Assembly: GCA_964016885.1 (NCBI GenBank)
Contig: OZ024745.1
Coordinates: 105,152,001-105,216,000, forward strand
Direction of reading: 5' to 3'
Length of the DNA: 64,000 nt
From: Eledone cirrhosa
Taxonomy: Eukaryota
Part shown: one piece after another, positions 56,174 through 64,000 of the stretch
Layout of the letters: each line of letters begins with the position of its first letter
Numbering within the stretch: position 1 is the first letter of the stretch
Made by a program: the position numbers and the translations under genes
Notes under the pieces: generated by a model
What the model was told of the DNA's origin: nothing
Seen by the model: the letters and a program-made list of their open reading frames with translations, nothing else
Database searches by the model: none

Positions 56174-57430
56174 GAGAGAGTCTAAGGGCATGATTTGTAA
56201 CGTGGATGTGGGGGGGGGGGGGATTGCCGACCAACGAGGCGAGGATGGTGTCTAAATATTCACAAATTATCTCAGTGGGGCAGTTGCACGCAGAAACGAT
56301 AGGACGGCCAGGATTATTTTGTTTGTGTATTTTGGGGAGGAAGTAGATGGTGGGTGTGGGGGTAGGTGAGAGGAGGAGATGAACACGTGGATGGTGGAGG
56401 ACACGAGTTGTTGGTAGCCAGGAGTGGGGTCGGAGGATAAAGGGCGGTAAAAAAGGGGTATTGTGAAGCTGGCGGAGAGCCTCAGCCCTATAGAGGTCAG
56501 CGCTCCAAACCACCACAGCGCCACCTTTGTCAGCGGGTTTGATGACAATGTCATCGCGACGCCGAAGGTTGCGAAGAGCGGAGAGCTCAGTTCGCGTGAT
56601 GTTAGTGCGACGACATTGCTGGTGGAAACGGAACCGATTCACAGTACGCCGGCAAGTATCGACAAAGGAGTCGAGGGTGCTGAACTGGCCAGAGCTCGAC
56701 GACTGAGACGAGTGAAGTCATCCGTCTGTGTTGATGATGGCGTGTCGTGAAAAAAAGCTTTCAGCTTTAATCGATGGAAGAACCCTTCAATCTCAGCACG
56801 TGTGCGGAACTAGTCGCAGGTAGATGTGGTTGGTATAAAACGCAAACCACGGGCGAGGAGGGAGCACTCAGCTTCGGAGAGTGGTAGGTCCTGGGGTATG
56901 GTGACTACAGTGCAGGGACGTGAGGGAGTGAAAGAGGTGGAGGCGGTGGGGTCATTGTGGTTGGGCAAAGCGTGTGCAGATTCAGTGGTAGGTGACGGGA
57001 TAGAGGGGTTAGGGTTGGAGGTGATATAAGTATGGGTGGTGACGGCAGGCGGGGAGCGGAGAGAGTCGAATTTAAGATCTTTTATGGAAGTGAGGAAATT
57101 GAAAAGGAGGCGATTGAGGTAAAGGATGAATTGGATAAGGGATTGGGCGAGGAAAGGGTGGCAATTCGAGGAGAGATGGAGGTAGGCATTGGGGAGATCT
57201 CGGTCGAGAGAACGGATTTGGGCGAGAGTTGATCGAATGGTCGCCCGCATGAGCTGGCGAGAGGAGCGGGTAAGGATGGGCTCAGTGGAGGGAGCAGAAT
57301 AAGAGGTGGGGTGAAACGTGAGGCGGAAACCGCAGGGAATGAGTGGTGGTGGAGACAGCGGCTTAAAAATGTGATGTGACTGTTGTATCGTGTTTTGGTG
57401 AAGATGAGGTTGGAGAGATAGATATAATGG
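56174..57430 (-). pseudogene. Penelope-like element ORF, N-terminus to early RT domain
   Basis: FLSRCLHHH; LSEAECSLLARGLRFIPT; ELSALRNLRRRDDIVIKPADKGGAVVVW; IYFLPKIHKQNNPGRPIVS; frameshifted. Confidence 0.9.
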
Positions 57431-58191
57431 GTCGTCAAGTACGAGATTTGTAGAAATTTGTTTATTTCTACAAATTTCTACAAATTTCATACTTGACGAC
57501 CCTATATATATATGGCTTTTTGCTACAATATTTTCTATACCTTTCATTTATATATATATATATTGAACAGACTTAAGATAAAGTGTTTTTAATAAGACAT
57601 AATTTCATAATCTTTATTTTTAATGTTTCCGACATCACGAAGTCCTTTAAAAAATTGTAGTAGAAAGTAACTAAAAAGAACGAGAAGAAAATATAATAAA
57701 GCAGACACAAACATATCAACTGCTTCAGGTTGAGGTATGAGGTTAAAATGAAAATTTTCTAATCAAAATTATTGATAATTTACTCCAGATAGACGTTGTA
57801 ACGTTCGTTGTCTACAGTTTTTTGCTGTATGGGTGTATCATAAACAAGCTGCCGCAGCCATAGTTTTCGGCTTTGCCTAAAAAAAGATAGCGTTCACGAA
57901 TGATTAACCACAAATTTTCGTTTTCGAACAATTTCCCTCGAAAAGGTTAAACGTTGTTAGTCTATTGAATATGTGGATACAGAGATTACCTCAAGTTGAA
58001 TGGGATTGATGAAAATCACGTTAATGTGGTACTTGAGGTTATATTGAACCATTATATTATAGAAAATAGCACTGATTTGAAAGGCATAAAATGCGGTTGA
58101 AATAAAACAGATTTTGTTTAATTTTTCTGTTTTGAAATTTTTGATATCAGAGCGTTCCTTAAAAAAAACAACATATAGTGGAACGGTGACA

Positions 58192-58257
<66 letters not shown>

Positions 58258-58284
58258 ATCTATATATGCACATACAAACATATC

Positions 58285-58361
<77 letters not shown>

Positions 58362-58457
58362 GGATCAGTGGCGGGATTGAAATGTCACATGAGACACCGC
58401 CATCCAGAGAGCTTAACTTTTGTTGGACACTCATTCGTCGGATATCGACTGGAGAGT

Positions 58458-58494
<37 letters not shown>

Positions 58495-58500
58495 GTATAC

Positions 58501-58575
<75 letters not shown>

Positions 58576-59676
58576 TGGTGATAGGAAGGGCATTTAATCG
58601 TAGAGCCCTAGCCTAACAAAGGGCTGGAAGGATCTTCAGTTGTGTCTAAGATATGACCTTTTTTGTGTTGGTACCACCATAAAATGCATTCGGTAGAGCG
58701 TGGAACCATATAGATGAACTGCAGACGCCCGACCTCCCTGGGAGGTTAGTAGCGGATGTTAATAGATCATAATGATGATGATGATGGTTATGAAATTCGC
58801 ATCGGATTCAGTCTCTGTGTGTGTGGTATACTGGACAAGTATTTTCTATCATTATCTCGTGTTGACTCTTGTAGACAATGACTGGTAGTCATATGTAATG
58901 GAGAAAGAAATTTAGCAATTGCTTCCTGTCTTTTTTATGAGGCAAAAATATTTGAATTAAAATAGTATGTAATCAATTCAAACCAGCCAAGTATTACAGC
59001 GTTCGTTGCCTACAATATGTTGCTCTTTCTGTGAATAGCCATAACTTCCAAGAAAAACTACTCCAAACGTTGTATTCAGAGAACAGTCCATTTTTCTAAA
59101 GATTAATATAGAAATAAATTGCGAAACAAATCAACAAAAAACAACAAACTAAATCAAACAAAAATAATTATTTCAAATATAGTTGTAAGAGAAATAATTG
59201 TCCATCTGAAAATGATTTTCTCGAACTACACGAAGACAATAAATTTCTACGTATCAAAATATAAAATTGAGAAAAAGTAATAGCTTCCAGAAATACAGAA
59301 ATTGAATATAAATAAGATATTTGTTGACACAGACAAGTCGAAAGTTTTCTATAATAATGGATAAACCATATATCACTAATATTTATATAATTCTCTAATA
59401 CATATAGGCGAGTGGGGAGAGGCGGATAGCATGCCATGAGGAATTCTTTCCGATGCTCTGAGTTCAAAATCCACCGATATTAATTTTATATTCATTTCTT
59501 GGGGTCGATTAGTAAAGTTTCTTTTTTTCTTTGTTAGAAAGGTGATGAAATATGATTAATCAAAATCTGCGTTCAAATATATTATATATATATATATAAC
59601 GAAGGAAATGTGGTAAGGAACCAGGTGAACCATAACGCACCAAAGTACTCAATACTTGGGGTAGTAGAGTGGGTAA

Positions 59677-59799
59677 TAGGAACCAGTAAGACCCCGACGG
59701 CTGAGCTCAAGCCGTTACGACGGCTAATTCTGGACTAAATTGTAGTCCAGACTTAGCCGTCGAAACGGCTTGAGGTCAGCGGTCGGCGTCTTACTGGTT

Positions 59800-59802
<3 letters not shown>
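59677..59802. repeat. ~126-bp GC-rich palindrome
   Basis: AGGAACCAGTAAGAC...CTGGACTA / TAGTCCAG...GTCTTACTGGTTCCT. Confidence 0.9.
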
Positions 59803-59873
<71 letters not shown>

Positions 59874-59929
59874 ATATTTGAACGCAGGTTTTGATTAATC
59901 ATATTTCATCATATATATATATATATGTG

Positions 59930-60135
59930 AAGGCGTGTGGCTGAGAACTGGATTCGCAATCGTGAAGTTGTGAGTTCGATTCCTGGACCGGGCGATGCGT
60001 TATGTCCTTGAACAAGACACTTTATTTCACGTTGCTCCTTCTATCTGGAGTTGCGACCGATAGATAGTATTAGCAATTGGAAAGACCAATGGAAACACTG
60101 TTTCCTCGGTCCGATTTGACGAAAGTCGATCGTTA
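59930..60135 (+). mobile_element. SINE (second family; related copies 52633-52745, 60805-61012)
   Basis: GAGTTCGATTCC B-box; shared tail GGAAAGACCAATGGAAACA...CCGATTTGACGAAAGTCGATCG. Confidence 0.75.
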
Positions 60136-60280
60136 GGAATATATATATATGCAAAAGTTCTATTTAAATTGTTGGGATACAACAAGTAAATATTTTTATA
60201 ACTGATATAAAGCACTCGACAAGTATTTGGAGTAGATATACGATATTAATAAATGGAAACTATATTTATAAAACCATATT

Positions 60281-60345
60281 TATTTCATTATACATATTTC
60301 AAGGATACCAAGTTAAATTATGGTATGCCTTCATCAGACAAAATA
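60281..60345 (-). ncRNA. Type I hammerhead ribozyme (family A)
   Basis: Exact reverse complement of 60480-60544. Confidence 0.85.
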
Positions 60346-60479
60346 CAATATATATCAGTTTTACAAATAAGCATTGACGTACCCTTTCAAAATGCGACCA
60401 TTACCTGATGTCCTCCAAAAGTAATGGTCGCATTTTGAAAGGGTACGTCAATGCTTATTTGAAAAACTGATATATATTG

Positions 60480-60544
60480 TATTTTGTCTGATGAAGGCAT
60501 ACCATAATTTAACTTGGTATCCTTGAAATATGTATAATGAAATA
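60480..60544 (+). ncRNA. Type I hammerhead ribozyme (family A)
   Basis: TATTTTGT-CTGATGA-AGGCATACCA...TGGTATCCTT-GAAA-TATGTA-TA-ATGAAATA. Confidence 0.87.
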
Positions 60545-60583
60545 AATATGGTTTTATAAATATAGTTTCCATTTATTAATATC

Positions 60584-60774
<191 letters not shown>

Positions 60775-61509
60775 CATATACATATACATATATTTGTGTT
60801 GTGAAGGCGCGTGACTAAGTGATAAGAGAATTGGATTCACAATCGTGAGGTTGTGAGTTCGAATGCTAGACCAGGCGATGCGTTATGTCCTTGAGCAACA
60901 CACTTTATTTCACGTCGTCGCTCGTCCTACTTGGAGTTGCGACCAATAGATATTATTACCAATTGAAAAGACCAACGGAAACAATGTACCCGATTTGACG
61001 AAAGTCGATCGTCTGTCAGTATATATGATACAGAGGGCCGACCGGACGTGTGATGTTAGTTTCTCAACCGTTCTACAACGTGTGTGTGTGTGCAGCTCAC
61101 ACCTGGACGGACATTTCATTTTAAAACACAAGGTTACATTTTATTGCATGGTTTGTATGAATTAAGGCAACGTGAGGTTAATTTAAATATAAAAATTGTT
61201 TCACTTCAAATGTTTCCCTCAACATTTTACACTATATACTCTAAGTCGCTCCGACAGCAATTCACTTTCCTTCTACCGTAAACCATCAGCTTTTAACGTG
61301 TACATTTACTAATATTCTGTCATACAGTGTAATATATTTCAAATCAAAACATCAATTTGCCAAATTAGTTTCCACGCATTTACTCTCTCACTCATCATCT
61401 GTAATTTTATTTCATATCTTCCTATATACGATCATTTATATGACCGTATTTACTCCATACTAACAGAACACCTAAAATATTCAATGATTGTTAAGGCTTT
61501 TAACCTATT

Positions 61510-61715
61510 ATGGCAGTATCGGTAGAGAGTCGGACGCTATGCGTTGCAACAGAGTTGCGGCTCTTTATGATCTGAGTTCAAATCCTGCCGAGGTTAACTT
61601 TACCTTTCATCCTTACGGGGTCGATAAAATAAAGTACCAGTCACGCACTGGGGTCGATTTAATCGACTTTCCCCTCTCCCAAAATTGCTGGCCTTGTGCC
61701 TATATAAGAAACCAT
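61510..61715 (+). mobile_element. SINE (main family)
   Basis: Near full-length copy. Confidence 0.9.
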
Positions 61716-61723
61716 TATTCTTC

Positions 61724-62057
61724 AGGCGCATGGCTTAGTGGTTAGAGCATTGGGCTTGCAAACGGAAGGTTGTGAGTTCGATTCTTGGACCGGGTGATGT
61801 GTTGTCTCCTTGAGCGAGATATTTTATTTCACGTTGCTCCAGTTTACTCAGCTGTAGAAATGAGTTGCGACGTCATTGGTGTCAAGCTGTATCGGCCATT
61901 ACCTTTCACTTGGACATCACCGGCGGCGTGGAGTGGGGAGGCTGGTATGTATGGGTGACTGCTGGTCTTCCACAAACAACCTTGCCCGGACTTGTGCCTC
62001 GGAGGTAAACTTTCTCGGTGCAAATGCCATGGTCATTCGTGACCGAAAGCGGCCCTT
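61724..62057 (+). mobile_element. SINE (second family, full length)
   Basis: TGGCTTAGTGGTTAGAG A-box, GAGTTCGATTC B-box. Confidence 0.8.
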
Positions 62058-62189
62058 AATTATTATTCTTTAGGAAACCCACAAACATCCACTTTATAAT
62101 TCATAAGACAGGTATAAAATCAAACATTTTTTGTGGGGAGAAACAGTTTATAATATTGTTTAGAGTATTTAACTAGTAGTTTATTTTAT

Positions 62190-62645
62190 TGAAACTGGAA
62201 GGATGAAAATGTATCTGGTTCTTGACATAGCATGTCTATTTGATACCAGATATGAAAAAAAAAAACAAAAAAACAAAAAAAAAAAAATAAAGCAAACAAA
62301 AACAAAAAATAGAACATTAAACTGATTTGAAATATGAAATTCTCAAGAGTTGGAAAAAGAAGTTGATAAAGTTAGAATCTTGTCAATTAACATTGGAAGC
62401 TTAGAAACGATGATCAAGAATTTGAATGTAAACTTTGGCAGACTAAACTTTAAACTGGACACTCCCAGTGTAAAATGGTTGTTAATTAGATAGGCAAGAA
62501 TTATCCATAAAGTCCTTGATACAAACTAAGGAAAGTTATGAACAGCGTAGAAGGATATTAACAGTAAAAGGTACAAGAGTGTTTCTTATCCTAAACAACA
62601 GGTTGTGGTCTGATAAAAAACATACTCAAAACGACCACAACGTCA
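62190..62645 (+). mobile_element. Decayed R4/Dong-like REL endonuclease 3' fragment
   Basis: DIACLFDTR...KIEH*TDLKYEILKSW...VRILSINIGSLET; terminal hairpin GTTGTGGTC / GACCACAAC. Confidence 0.6.
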
Positions 62646-63280
62646 ATACCTTGTAGCAACGACAGTACTGATAGTACCGACTTCATTACCATTCACATGA
62701 ATTGCCTTTTCCTTGTTTCCTCGAGCAACCTTCCGCTAATGAATTAAGTAAAGTTCGAAATATTTCCTGTTAAAGATGACATTAAAAACACAATAAAAAC
62801 AAAACGGGATAGGAACTATTCAAAATAATGAATTCCTTGAAGGAGAGAAAGAAGAATATGTTGTTAATAAAGAAATAAATAAAGCGATAAAGAGAGCCCT
62901 CACTCGTCTTTCCCACAAATAAAAACACGTGATTGAATACCAACTCAACAAGAAGAACCACAAGTACCACAAGAATAATAAAAGAAAGAGAGAGTGAGAG
63001 AGAGTGAGAGAGAGAGAAAGAGAGAAGGAGAGATAGATAGCTAGATAGAGAGTCAGTGAGGGGAGGAAGAGAGGAGGAGAGGAGGAGATGGAAAAACTCC
63101 TTTAAAAAAATGGCAATGCTAGCATCAGCAGTAATAAGGATAATAATAATAATAACAACAATAATAATGATAATAATAATAAAGATAATGATAATGGTAA
63201 CAATCACAACAAAAACACATAAAAAGCATTAGAAATAACGAGAACATGAACAGCAATAACAAACACATGACCGCACAGTT

Positions 63281-63351
<71 letters not shown>

Positions 63352-63648
63352 CACACACACACACACACCTGCGTGCATGCTCACACATGTACATATATTC
63401 AAGCATATATCTTCTGATACACACACATGCACGCACACAGAGAACGACATGCAAAAACGCTCATACACTCACATATTTGAACATATACGCACACACTCTC
63501 ATTCTCCTACGTGTGCATATGCACGTCTACGCACATACTAGCATAAGAACATACATTCACCAACGAGAAAACAAGAAAACATTGCAAGAGAAACCATATT
63601 AAGGTTGTTATCCATCCAATATGGCAGCGACTTATCCATCGAACATGG

Positions 63649-63710
<62 letters not shown>

Positions 63711-63962
63711 GGGGTGTTGGAGAAAGAGACGCTGTTTGAGGGATGGGGTGTGTGTGGGGGGAGGGGGGGGGGAGAGAGAGAATGTGTGTATGTGTGGTTT
63801 ATGTTAAAAAAGATGAACGAGGAATTTTGAAAAGAACGATGGAAGGAAAGGGAATAACTGTAAACTCGACAACAACAATAAACATAACAGAAACAACAAC
63901 AACAACAATGAAACAACAGTAAAAACATCAAATCACACTCCCTCCTCCACGAAGAAGAAAAA

Positions 63963-63994
<32 letters not shown>

Positions 63995-64000
63995 AAAAAA

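Overview
Repeat-saturated, AT-rich animal DNA with no recognisable host gene. The tRNA-derived SINEs and extreme (TA)n/(CA)n/(GA)n load suggest an octopod cephalopod (inference). Contents: many SINE copies; decayed non-LTR retroelements (CR1 3' end, RTE, Tx1/L1-like, CRE-like and R2/R4-type restriction-like-endonuclease fragments); two Penelope-like element (PLE) remnants, one Naiad-type with GIY-YIG; solo LTRs; hAT MITEs; non-autonomous Helitrons; several minisatellites. The main hidden signal is that many short non-coding islands between (TA)n arrays carry minimal type I hammerhead ribozyme (HHR) motifs. About 10 copies have a canonical CUGANGA/GAAA core and further copies are variant or decayed, from at least 7 sequence-unrelated families. 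They occur as fold-back hairpins and partial head-to-tail tandems, i.e. candidate TA-targeted non-autonomous PLEs/retrozymes. All folds were derived by eye and boundaries are approximate. Nearly all listed ORFs are microsatellite artefacts.
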